Assembly: GCA_964465575.1 (NCBI GenBank)
Contig: CAYXIF010000006.1
Span: 14,445-78,444 of the forward strand
Reading direction: 5' to 3'
DNA from: an uncultured Candidatus Bathyarchaeia archaeon
Lineage (GTDB): Archaea; Thermoproteota; Bathyarchaeia; Bathyarchaeales; DTEX01
Length of the DNA stretch: 64,000 nt
Below are positions 18,178 to 26,569 of this stretch, in pieces. Position 1 is the stretch's first letter. Each line of letters opens with the position of its first letter. The translations under genes were made by a program, and so were the position numbers. The notes beneath the pieces are model-generated. The model was not told where the DNA came from. It saw only the letters and a list, made by a program, of their open reading frames with translations, and did no database searches.

Positions 18178-20442
18178 GTGATGAAGTTCAGAGAGAAACT
18201 GAGCATAAGGACTGTCGCTTCAGGTTTAGAAAAGGCTCAGATCCTGCGTCCAAAGGTGTCACACGCTTCTTTGGTCAAGGGCTCTCTGATTGTCATCATC
18301 TTGGTCATAGCCTTTTCCGTCAGGCTGTTGCCAATCCGTTGGGGATATTACTTGTCCGAGTTTGACCCACACTATCAGTATCGCCACACAAAGTACATAG
18401 TTGAAAATGGACTTCTAGGCGACAAGGGATGGGTTTCGTGGCACGACTATCTGAGCTGGTACCCTTGGGGAAACAAGATGTCTCGCACTTCATACTTGGG
18501 ACTTCCATTAACTGCCGCGGCAATGTACCTTGTTCTGCGTGCGTTGGGGGTTCCTATTGTTTCAGGTCCGAGTCTTGATCCTCTACAGTCCGACCCCGTG
18601 TACGTCTTCGTTGTTCTCTTTCCTGCATTAATGGGCACGGTCACTTGCCTTGTGATGTACTTCCTCGGCAAGGACTTGGCCGGAGACTCGGCTGGGTTGT
18701 TTGCGGCTCTCTTCTTGGCGTTGGACTCAGCCTACATTGGGCGGACGTCTCTGGGGTTTTTCGACGACGAAACTGTTGGGATATTCAGCATATTGCTCTA
18801 CATACTCTGCTTCCTTAGATCACTCGACGAGAGAAAGCCCTTAAGAGCTGGCTTGATGTACTCAGTGGCAGCTGGGCTTTCTTTGGGTTACTTATGTGGT
18901 TCATGGGGCGCATCACGTTACCCCGTCGTCATGACCGCATTGTTTGCTCTCATTCTGCTGGCGTCACGAAGGTATTCCTTTCGTTTGCTCCTGTCATACG
19001 GCATAACGTTCCTTCTTGCGCTTCCAATAGCTGCGAGCGTTCCTTACGTTGGAACTGGTTGGCTTCTTGAATTTGAAGTTCTCTCAGTCTATGGAGCCTT
19101 CTTTCTGCTGTGTGTCTCGGAGGTTAACCACCGCGTGAAAACCACAAGCCAGAAACTGATCATGTTAGCCATTCTGATAGGTCTAGTGGCGGGGGGCTTC
19201 GGCTTTCTTTGGTGGAGAGGGATGATAAGAGGGCTTGAGACAAAGTTCTTGTCGGTGCTCAACCCGTTTGTGCGCTTCGAGGTGCCCATTGTAGAGTCTG
19301 TTGCCGAGCACAGACCATCCTCTTGGGGAACATTCTACTATAACTTTGGGATGGGCGTCTTCTTTGTACCTGTAGGTCTCTTCTTCGCGGCCATGATGGC
19401 TACGAACACAAGTCTCTTTATGATCATATATGGTTTGACCTCAGTCTTCTTTGCCAGTTCGATGATAAGGCTGAACATCATAATGTCTCCTGTCATAAGT
19501 CTACTCTGGGCATTGGCTCTGGTGCGCATTCTGAAACCCTTTGTCTTGTTCTTGAGAGAAGCTCCGCAGACTCCTCCGCGAAAGGCTTGGCAATACCGGT
19601 TCGTCGGAAAAGAGACCTCCGCGGGGATTGTGCTTTTGATGTTCATTCTACTTGCATTGACATACGTTGTTGGCCCAGATTTCATCGCAGGACCACAGTC
19701 TCAGGGACCCAAAGTCTACACTCAGGCATTCTCCCCTACTACTGTCGCTTCAGCTAGTCTCTCCGCAAAGCCCTCTGATATTGTTCGTGACTGGCTTGAC
19801 ACCTTGATCTGGATGCGCGAGAATTTGCCGGCCTCACCTGAGAGGCCCGGCGAACCGGGAACAGTTGTTGCCAGCTGGTGGGACTACGGATACTGGATTA
19901 CTACGATTGCGAACAGGACATCTCTTGCAGACAACGGCACTTGGAACTGGACGCAGATAGAGCAGATAGGTCTCATGTTCATGTCTAACGAGACTGAGGC
20001 AGTAAAGATACTCAAGAGATACAATGTTACCCATGTTCTAGTATTCGTAACCTTCGATACGCAGGGAAGGCTCATCATGGCAGGCGGCGACGAGGGGAAG
20101 TGGGAATGGATGGCGAAGATCCCTGGCCTGGACGAGAAAGTGTTCGGCAACCACACGCTTGGTTGGGACTGGGTAGATGTCAATCGCAATGGCCGAGGTT
20201 TTGACGATTATGGCCAACCCGAGCCCGGTGAGATATCGCAGAACACTAGGGGCCAAGAGACTGTTCTCTTCAAGCTCATGTACTATGGCAGGGAAGCGAC
20301 TCTGCAGGGCTATTCCAACCTCCTACTGGAATACTTTGAGGAGGCCCACTTCTCTCAGACATTTGGCTCTCCGAAACCGGCCCCGGGGACTTCTTACATT
20401 CCTCTTGTCTGCGTCTATAAGGTCAATTACCCGCAAGAGTGA
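18178..20442 (+). CDS. aglB: Dolichyl-phosphooligosaccharide-protein glycosyltransferase AglB (STT3 homolog)
   Basis: 754 aa, 13 or so TM segments, catalytic WWDYGYW motif, EFDPHYQYRH first-loop motif. TATA-like AAATATAA at 18139-18146. Confidence 0.92.
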   Translation: MMKFREKLSIRTVASGLEKAQILRPKVSHASLVKGSLIVIILVIAFSVRLLPIRWGYYLSEFDPHYQYRHTKYIVENGLLGDKGWVSWHDYLSWYPWGNKMSRTSYLGLPLTAAAMYLVLRALGVPIVSGPSLDPLQSDPVYVFVVLFPALMGTVTCLVMYFLGKDLAGDSAGLFAALFLALDSAYIGRTSLGFFDDETVGIFSILLYILCFLRSLDERKPLRAGLMYSVAAGLSLGYLCGSWGASRYPVVMTALFALILLASRRYSFRLLLSYGITFLLALPIAASVPYVGTGWLLEFEVLSVYGAFFLLCVSEVNHRVKTTSQKLIMLAILIGLVAGGFGFLWWRGMIRGLETKFLSVLNPFVRFEVPIVESVAEHRPSSWGTFYYNFGMGVFFVPVGLFFAAMMATNTSLFMIIYGLTSVFFASSMIRLNIIMSPVISLLWALALVRILKPFVLFLREAPQTPPRKAWQYRFVGKETSAGIVLLMFILLALTYVVGPDFIAGPQSQGPKVYTQAFSPTTVASASLSAKPSDIVRDWLDTLIWMRENLPASPERPGEPGTVVASWWDYGYWITTIANRTSLADNGTWNWTQIEQIGLMFMSNETEAVKILKRYNVTHVLVFVTFDTQGRLIMAGGDEGKWEWMAKIPGLDEKVFGNHTLGWDWVDVNRNGRGFDDYGQPEPGEISQNTRGQETVLFKLMYYGREATLQGYSNLLLEYFEEAHFSQTFGSPKPAPGTSYIPLVCVYKVNYPQE

Positions 20443-20519
20443 TTTGTCCATACTCATGCTTTACTTAGAATCTGAGAGCTTGCGAGAAGAGATAAGACTT
20501 GGGAAGTGAAAAGTGAGAG

Positions 20520-21095
20520 ATGTCTGAAACCGTCACGATTTCAGTCAAGGTTCCCAAGGAGATGTACGCTGAGCTAAGCATTCGAGTACCTGAAGGGGAA
20601 AGAAGCACATTCGTCAGAGACGCCATAATCGAGAAGTTTCAGAAAACTCCGAGTTCGAGCAGAATCCTTGAGTTGGAGCAGAGAATCCAGAGGATTGAGG
20701 CCGACGTCTCATTTATCAAAGGTTGCCTAGCTGAGCTCGAATTCTTAACGTTCGAAAGAGGCAAAGTCAACCCACACACATTCTGCGTCGATAAGACAGA
20801 CAACGACATCATGGATTACCTTGTCCACTACAAGGGTGCAACAACTGCCGAGATAGCCCAGGCATTGAATGTCAACAGATGGCTTGTACTAAACCGTCTG
20901 AAAAAAATCATGAGAAGATCGAAAAAGCAGCTCGGGAAACCTGTAGTAAGATACTTAGCAGCGGAAAAAACAGGCAAGAAGAAAGCATGGTGGCTAGACG
21001 AAGAACTGACAGAGGAAATACCCACTTCCCAAGGATCGGGGACTGCAGACAAGGTGGGCCCGTGGCCCAGACAGGATAAAGGCGTCGAGCCATAG
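20520..21095 (+). CDS. Putative transcriptional regulator (N-terminal ribbon-helix-helix, C-terminal winged HTH)
   Basis: 191 aa. CopG/RHH-like TISVKVPKEMYAELSIRVPEGERSTFVRDAIIEKF and a wHTH-like YKGATTAEIAQALNVNRWLVLNRLKKI. The last 40 nt overlap tRNA-Arg. Confidence 0.5.
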   Translation: MSETVTISVKVPKEMYAELSIRVPEGERSTFVRDAIIEKFQKTPSSSRILELEQRIQRIEADVSFIKGCLAELEFLTFERGKVNPHTFCVDKTDNDIMDYLVHYKGATTAEIAQALNVNRWLVLNRLKKIMRRSKKQLGKPVVRYLAAEKTGKKKAWWLDEELTEEIPTSQGSGTADKVGPWPRQDKGVEP

Positions 21096-21156
21096 GAAAT
21101 GGCGCGCAAGCCTCCGGAGCCGGAGATCCTGGGTTCAAATCCCAGCGGGCCCGCCA
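21056..21156 (+). tRNA. tRNA-Arg(CCG) with a predicted 22-nt non-canonical intron (21088-21109, between positions 29/30); CCA encoded
   Basis: Acceptor GGGCCCG/CGGGCCC, D arm GCCC..AGGC, T arm CTGGG-TTCAAAT-CCCAG, anticodon loop CTCCGGA. The anticodon stem only forms (TCGGC/GCCGG) after removing AGCCATAGGAAATGGCGCGCAA. The splice sites sit in two 3-nt bulges around a 4-bp helix (GCGU/GCGC) plus an intron hairpin GCCAU-AGGAA-AUGGC, which is BHB-like. The mature length is 76 nt before the CCA. Confidence 0.75.
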
Positions 21157-21480
21157 CCATTTGGGTTCGGGTCTTCATAGACCTCACAGGATAAATCAGT
21201 TATTCTTGCGTAGAATTCGGGCGGCTTTTTCCGGAAAATTCGAACCCTGTGCGTTACATGCTCTCCAGACTCTTAGGTCACAGTCGTCTTACTTATTCTT
21301 TCTTAGTAACAAGTATGTAGACCTTCGATTGTTTCTCCAGCAGCCCAAACCTTTATATATAACGGTGTTATATAATGATGGTGACGTCGTCTCACGGCGC
21401 CAAACGGCGCCATCTCTCTTTCGTGCAAGGCATTAGAGAGATCAAAGGCTTCTAAAACGATATCATGGGCAGGATAGAAG

Positions 21481-22428
21481 ATGAACCAGATGAAAAAAAA
21501 GACTGCACAGACACCTCAGCTGGTGCTGGAAGACAAGTGCCCTGAATGCGGAAGTGCGAATCTGATTCACGATCATGACAGCGGGGAGACTGTGTGTGGA
21601 ACTTGTGGGCTGGTTGTGCAATACTCGATCTTGGATGAGGGTCCCGAGTGGCGCGCTTACACGCAAGATGAGAAGGAAGCTCGTAGCCGCGTTGGTATGC
21701 CGACGATTTTTTCGGTGCATGACAAGGGTTTGTCCACATCAATAGGCAGTGACTCAGTCGATGCGTCTGGGCGGAAGCTGCCATTGTCGACTAAGATACG
21801 TATGTGGCGGTTGAAGAGGTGGCAAGCCAGATCACGCGCCCACAGATCTATTGACAGAAATTTGGCTCAAGCCATGACCGAGCTAGACAGACTAGTTGAC
21901 AGACTCGCGATTCCGGAACACGTGAAAGAGAAGGCAGCTGTGATCTACCGTAAGGCCTTGGACAAGGGACTGGTACGTGGGAGATCCATATCTGGCATTG
22001 CTGCAGCCTCACTGTATGCCGCTTGCAGAACCGTTGCTACACCCAGAAGTCTCCGCGAAATAGCCGAAGCGAGCCTCGTCGATAGGAAAGCTTTGTCTCG
22101 AGACTATAGGCTCATACTCCGCGAACTGGGGATGCAGATGCCAATATCTGACCCCATAACATATCTGACGAAGATAGCCGAGAAGGCTGACATTCCCAGC
22201 CAGATGCAGGGACATGCTCTGAAGATACTGCATGATGCCAAAAAGCAGCACGTACAGATAGGAAAAGACCCGACGGGTCTGGCTGCAGCAGCACTCTATA
22301 TAGCTTCTGTGCAGTTAGGGGGCGAACTGACTCAGAAAGACATTGCGAACGCTGCAGGCGTGACAGAAGTGACTGTGAGAAACAGATACAGGACCCTGAA
22401 GAAGCAGCTCAGCCTCCAGTTCAACTAG
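21481..22428 (+). CDS. tfb: Transcription initiation factor IIB (TFB)
   Basis: 315 aa. N-terminal Zn ribbon CPECGS...CGTCG, B-finger/linker, and two cyclin-like repeats. Confidence 0.95.
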   Translation: MNQMKKKTAQTPQLVLEDKCPECGSANLIHDHDSGETVCGTCGLVVQYSILDEGPEWRAYTQDEKEARSRVGMPTIFSVHDKGLSTSIGSDSVDASGRKLPLSTKIRMWRLKRWQARSRAHRSIDRNLAQAMTELDRLVDRLAIPEHVKEKAAVIYRKALDKGLVRGRSISGIAAASLYAACRTVATPRSLREIAEASLVDRKALSRDYRLILRELGMQMPISDPITYLTKIAEKADIPSQMQGHALKILHDAKKQHVQIGKDPTGLAAAALYIASVQLGGELTQKDIANAAGVTEVTVRNRYRTLKKQLSLQFN

Positions 22429-22671
22429 CCTGCCTAAGAGTAGGTTCTGGGTAGGGCGCGCTGCTGAGGTAGGCCAAGGCCCCTCTTGACAACGAAAGCC
22501 TATCCAAACACGTTATGACGGTAATTTCTTTGCAGGGAATGGCTACTCATTTGATTGTGCCTTGCGGCCACTCTTAAAGATGATAGTCTGGTGCGACTTG
22601 AGATAAGTTTATATGAAGGGAAGAGATAAAGGCCATAACGCCGTTATGAAAACACCGGAGAGACCTAGCCC

Positions 22672-24216
22672 TTGCCAAGTGAAGTCGAGGGAAGCTCAGT
22701 GAAGCTGTTCGTAGATGACATCGAGCGGTTTCTCGGGCGGTATTCGATTGGGCGAGATAGCAACCCCATCGACGTCACGGGTTCGCTGCACTTTCTGAGA
22801 ATCAAGGTTCCGGGAGGTCTACTGACGACAGAACAGTTTCGCGGCATCGCGGATCTCGTGGGAAGGTACGGTAGGGAACGAGCGGAGGTAACAGATAGGC
22901 AGGACATTCAGATGCACTGGATCCAAGCTGAAGATACCTTAGACATCTTCTCAACGATGGAGAGTCTGGGCTTCACCACTGATATGTGTGGCCAAGGCTT
23001 CAGCGGCGCCAAGTACGGCGATGTTCGGAATATTGTCTGTTGCCCTGCTTCAGGCATAGTGAAGGAAGAGATATTGGACGGGCGCCCTCTATTGACAAGC
23101 CTAACAGGTCACTTCTCAGGGAATCAAGACTTCCTCGACTTGCCTCGGAAGTTCAAGATCTCCATATCCGGATGTGGAGCCGACTGCACAAGGGCATACA
23201 TAAACGATCTCAGTTTCGTGGCCGTGAGAATGGGAGAGGACCGCGGGTTCACTTTTCTGGTCGGAGGTAGCGCCGGTGTCTCGTTGCCAGGTCCAAGACT
23301 AGCCAAGCCCACAGGCGTCTTTGTCAAGCCTGATGAAGCTTTTGACGTTGCCGTGGCTACGGTTGAGATCTATAAGGACCATGGCAACCGAGAGAGCAAG
23401 GCAAAGGCGAGGTTCAAGTGGCTTATCGAGACTTGGGGTGTCAGCAAGTACGTAGTTGCCTTGGAAGAGAAGCTTGGATGGGCATTGGAGCGTTATGATG
23501 GTCCAATCTTTGAGAGGCGCAATGCGCATGAGGGAGTGCAGCCACAGAGCCAAGAAGGGAGTTGGTGCGTGAACGTTCCTCTTGTAGGTGGAAGATTGTC
23601 GAGGCGAGAGATGGAGGCGATTGCCAGCCTCGCTGATGAGTATGGAAGTGGCGAGTTAAGGTTGACGCCCACACAGAGCATCATTATCCCGAACGTTAAG
23701 AGGAAGGCTATGGTGCTGAAGCGGCTTGCTAGGATGGGGTTTCCTCTTCACGGTTCCAGTTTGAGGTGGAATTGCATGGGATGCGCGTCTGACTTCTGTG
23801 GCAAGACCTCCAGTCCTCATGCTAAGGAAGTTGTGGTCGATGTCGTCAACCACCTCGAATCAAGCTTCAGCGATGAACTGCTTGAGGGAGCAGGGCTCCG
23901 AATACACGTGAGCGGATGCTTCAATGACTGCGGCGCAGCTTCTGTGGCTGATATAGGACTGATAGGGAAGCAAATCAGAGAGGGGGACGAAATGAAGCAG
24001 GTGTACAACGTATTCTTGGGAGGATGCGGAGGCCCAGAGCCATCGCTTGGGAGGCTCGTTGAAGAGAATGTTCCAACCTCGGAGCTGAAACAATGGATTG
24101 AGTCTTTGCTTGGGAACTATGACAAGAGAAGAAAACCACTCGAAAGTTTTGGCGAGTTCTGCAGACGACACGCGACCCACGAACTCAAAACTCTCACCAA
24201 GGGGGCAGAGCACTAG
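22672..24216 (+). CDS. Sulfite/nitrite reductase family hemoprotein (siroheme-[4Fe-4S] type)
   Basis: 514 aa, duplicated NIR_SIR ferredoxin-like halves. Cys clusters SGCGADC and CMGCASDFCG...SGCFNDCGAA. TTG start in the track. TATA-like TTTATAT at about 22605. Confidence 0.8.
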   Translation: MPSEVEGSSVKLFVDDIERFLGRYSIGRDSNPIDVTGSLHFLRIKVPGGLLTTEQFRGIADLVGRYGRERAEVTDRQDIQMHWIQAEDTLDIFSTMESLGFTTDMCGQGFSGAKYGDVRNIVCCPASGIVKEEILDGRPLLTSLTGHFSGNQDFLDLPRKFKISISGCGADCTRAYINDLSFVAVRMGEDRGFTFLVGGSAGVSLPGPRLAKPTGVFVKPDEAFDVAVATVEIYKDHGNRESKAKARFKWLIETWGVSKYVVALEEKLGWALERYDGPIFERRNAHEGVQPQSQEGSWCVNVPLVGGRLSRREMEAIASLADEYGSGELRLTPTQSIIIPNVKRKAMVLKRLARMGFPLHGSSLRWNCMGCASDFCGKTSSPHAKEVVVDVVNHLESSFSDELLEGAGLRIHVSGCFNDCGAASVADIGLIGKQIREGDEMKQVYNVFLGGCGGPEPSLGRLVEENVPTSELKQWIESLLGNYDKRRKPLESFGEFCRRHATHELKTLTKGAEH

Positions 24217-24495
24217 ATGAAGATAGCCCAAGAACAAAGGCCCCACATTCGCAAGATCAATGAGCATTGTTACGAGATTGATGTTCGAGGCCTTGTTTGT
24301 CCATATCCTCAATTGCTGGTTATGAGAGTACTGGCTAACCTTTCCTCCGACGACATTCTCGAGGTCTTAGTTGACAACCCGCCTTCGGCAAGAGATATTC
24401 CCAAGGCCGTGGGAGACAGTGGACATAGAGTCTTGGACACATCTCGTTCAGACGCTTCAGCATGGAGGATAGTGATTCAGACGGAGAGACAGTGA
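24217..24495 (+). CDS. TusA/SirA-like sulfur-carrier protein
   Basis: 92 aa with the conserved DVRGLVCPYPQL (CPxP) motif. Starts at the base immediately following the reductase stop codon. Confidence 0.8.
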   Translation: MKIAQEQRPHIRKINEHCYEIDVRGLVCPYPQLLVMRVLANLSSDDILEVLVDNPPSARDIPKAVGDSGHRVLDTSRSDASAWRIVIQTERQ

Positions 24496-24708
24496 GCGTT
24501 CATGCAGACTAAGCTCAGTTATGCAGTCGCCTACCTCGGGATCGGGACGTAGGCACCGAACAGCAACTGGGGGACGCTCTAACGGGTTTCGCATCGCACT
24601 TACGAATGCTGACGTTTGGCAGGATTTCGCCGGCTGAGCTGCTACGAGAGCTCGTACTAACAGTTCTCTAGAAAACTTCCAGGCAAGAGAAGCAAGGGAA
24701 ATTGGGTT

Positions 24709-24963
24709 TCATGCCACAGAGCGAAGTCTTTTGATTAGTTCGTTTTTCATCTGATCGCTTGCTTGGATGTCTTTTCGGGCTTTTCTCCAGTCAGAGGAGC
24801 AGCGACCATAGCCGGCCTGTTCGCCAATATAATGATGAATCACTTCGTCGATTCTCCGCCTATTTGCATCATTGACTTCTATCCCAGCCTGTTTCAGGAC
24901 TCCGTCAAACCACTTCCAGCAACCCATCCTGATCCACCAACCTATGAACGTGTGCCGCTTCAT
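24709..24963 (-). CDS. Hypothetical small Trp-rich protein
   Basis: 84-aa ORF with no overlapping competitor. No motif recognised. Confidence 0.4.
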   Translation of the reverse strand: MKRHTFIGWWIRMGCWKWFDGVLKQAGIEVNDANRRRIDEVIHHYIGEQAGYGRCSSDWRKARKDIQASDQMKNELIKRLRSVA

Positions 24964-25214
24964 TTAAGCAATCCGACTTGTCTGCCTCGTCCAGATACCA
25001 TTAACAACAATTGCCGCAGACACCGCGGCAAGGCTTTCATCCGCTCACATGCTAGGTGCGCACAAGCCAAGCTGACTACCGCAAGATGGCCGTAGCGTGG
25101 CCAAAATATGCAGAACCGAAGATTTCTGCTCCTCGCGCTTGGCATACGGCCGAGATGCTTCTCTATTTCTTGGACGAAGACAGGACCACATAGGTTCCTG
25201 TTAGCTTCCCATTT

Positions 25215-25625
25215 CTATGCTCTCTCTATCCTGATCTTGTCGCCGCCCTTCACCTTTTTGAAGACCTTTGGGTCACCGCTGACCTTTCCGAACACATTTA
25301 CTGGGTCGGCGGGCCTGATCTCGCCTCTCCGGCTTATCGGTGTTGGCCCGAAGAAGATGCAGAAGCCGTGGCCGGGCGGCCAGTAGCCGAGATCTCCGAC
25401 TTCAACAGTCTCTTGAGCATTCTCATTGGGTAAGATGACTGGGATTGAGAAGTATATCTCGTCACCCCAAGTGTTCGCTCGAGTCTCGAAAGGAAGAGCC
25501 TCCCAGATGGCCTTAGCAGTTCTTGCGTTTTTGTCCTCTAGAAGCTCCGCATCAACGGAACCAATCTTCTCGCTTATGATCTTGATCTTTTTCACCACAG
25601 TCAACAACCTCCCACTTGGAGACAT
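25215..25625 (-). CDS. Cyclophilin-like superfamily protein (TM1367-like), paralog 1
   Basis: 136 aa. TAKAIWEALPFETRANTWGDEIYFSIPV...GDLGYWPPGHGFCIFFG...PVNVFGKV. Clearly homologous to 30259..30639. Confidence 0.65.
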   Translation of the reverse strand: MSPSGRLLTVVKKIKIISEKIGSVDAELLEDKNARTAKAIWEALPFETRANTWGDEIYFSIPVILPNENAQETVEVGDLGYWPPGHGFCIFFGPTPISRRGEIRPADPVNVFGKVSGDPKVFKKVKGGDKIRIERA

Positions 25626-25786
25626 ATTATGTAGCCCATGACCTTATTTTGTTTTTGCTGATAGGCTTATCCAAATACGAGGCGTTCAGAGCTCAAGCAT
25701 GGCACAATCTTCTCGGCAAAGAATAATCCGTCTCGACTATCTTCTGGAGATGTCTCAACGTCGTAATCCTAACAGCTGTTGAAAGC

Positions 25787-26078
25787 TTCTGGATCTAGGG
25801 GGCCCTCTGTTCTAGGGAGAGATCTTGGCTTAGATTCTTCAGAAAAAAACCTAGGGGGGGTATCTCTATTCGCAAGAATTTCTCTCAATAGAGATCTTGG
25901 TTTATGTTCTTCAGCAAAAACCTAGGGGTGTTCTGTATTTGTGAAGATTTCTCGCAATAGCATGCCTTAGATGTGTCAACTATAACAGTCCTCCTCAAGG
26001 AGAGTGTGCGCGCCGAAAAATGTTGTTCTTAGCAGATGTTTTCACCCCAAAAACGATACCCCCCTACATTTTTTTCAC
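25787..26078. repeat. Cluster of four dyad/A-run/G-string elements (three direct, one inverted) inside a 0.9 kb non-coding region; includes a roughly 70-bp tandem duplication
   Basis: E0 25787-25802 TTCTGGATCTAGGGGG. E1 25835-25864 TTCTTCAGAAAAAAACCTAGGGGGGGTATC. E2 25907-25930 TTCTTCAGCAAAAACCTAGGGGTG. E3 26055-26078 on the opposite strand, GTGAAAAAAATGTAGGGGGGTATC. Units 25821-25892 and 25893-25960 align as a diverged tandem repeat. Confidence 0.6.
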
Positions 26079-26569
26079 GTTTTTGCTCCCACAAAGAGGC
26101 CTATGATCGTGCCTTTCAAGCAGAACCCTTCCACTGTGCGCAGTGGGAAGAAAAGTTTGGGTTAGCAGCTGCTTCAACAAGCCTCTGCAAACTCCCCTTC
26201 CCCCCTGTTTTGACGTCGTCCTGGATCTGGGCCTTGTCCCGGCTTGTAACTATGATCTCTGTTACAATCGAGGGGCCCTCTTTCTAGAAAGAGACCGCTC
26301 AACGACATAATCCCAATGAGGGGGATTGAAAGTCGATGCGGATGGTTGCGTAGTGGGTTATCTGGAGGAGCATTCCCACCCACCTATCGACCAGAGTTCC
26401 TTCACCGGGATAGAGCGCTCTAGACTGGAGTTGAGGGTCTCAAGCCAGCAGAACATAGGGCAGGAAGGCCCAGCAAAACGATGAGAGACCCCTCCCTCTA
26501 AGCCACATACAGAGATCGCAGGCTGCTGTAGGCAAACTATTAAGCATTGATCCCAGTTTATTACCCTCT

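Noticed and set aside
26290-26560. Possible SRP RNA or RNase P RNA (GGGCAGGAAGGCCCAGCA resembles SRP helix 8; GAUUGAAAGUCG and GCAGAACAUAGGGC vaguely resemble RNase P CR-I/CR-IV)
   Set aside because: The motifs do not fit the conserved loop geometry: the 5' AGG side of the symmetric loop is missing. P4 pairing cannot be drawn, and the spacing is too short. A structured RNA here remains possible but is unsupported; a covariance-model scan (Rfam) would settle it.
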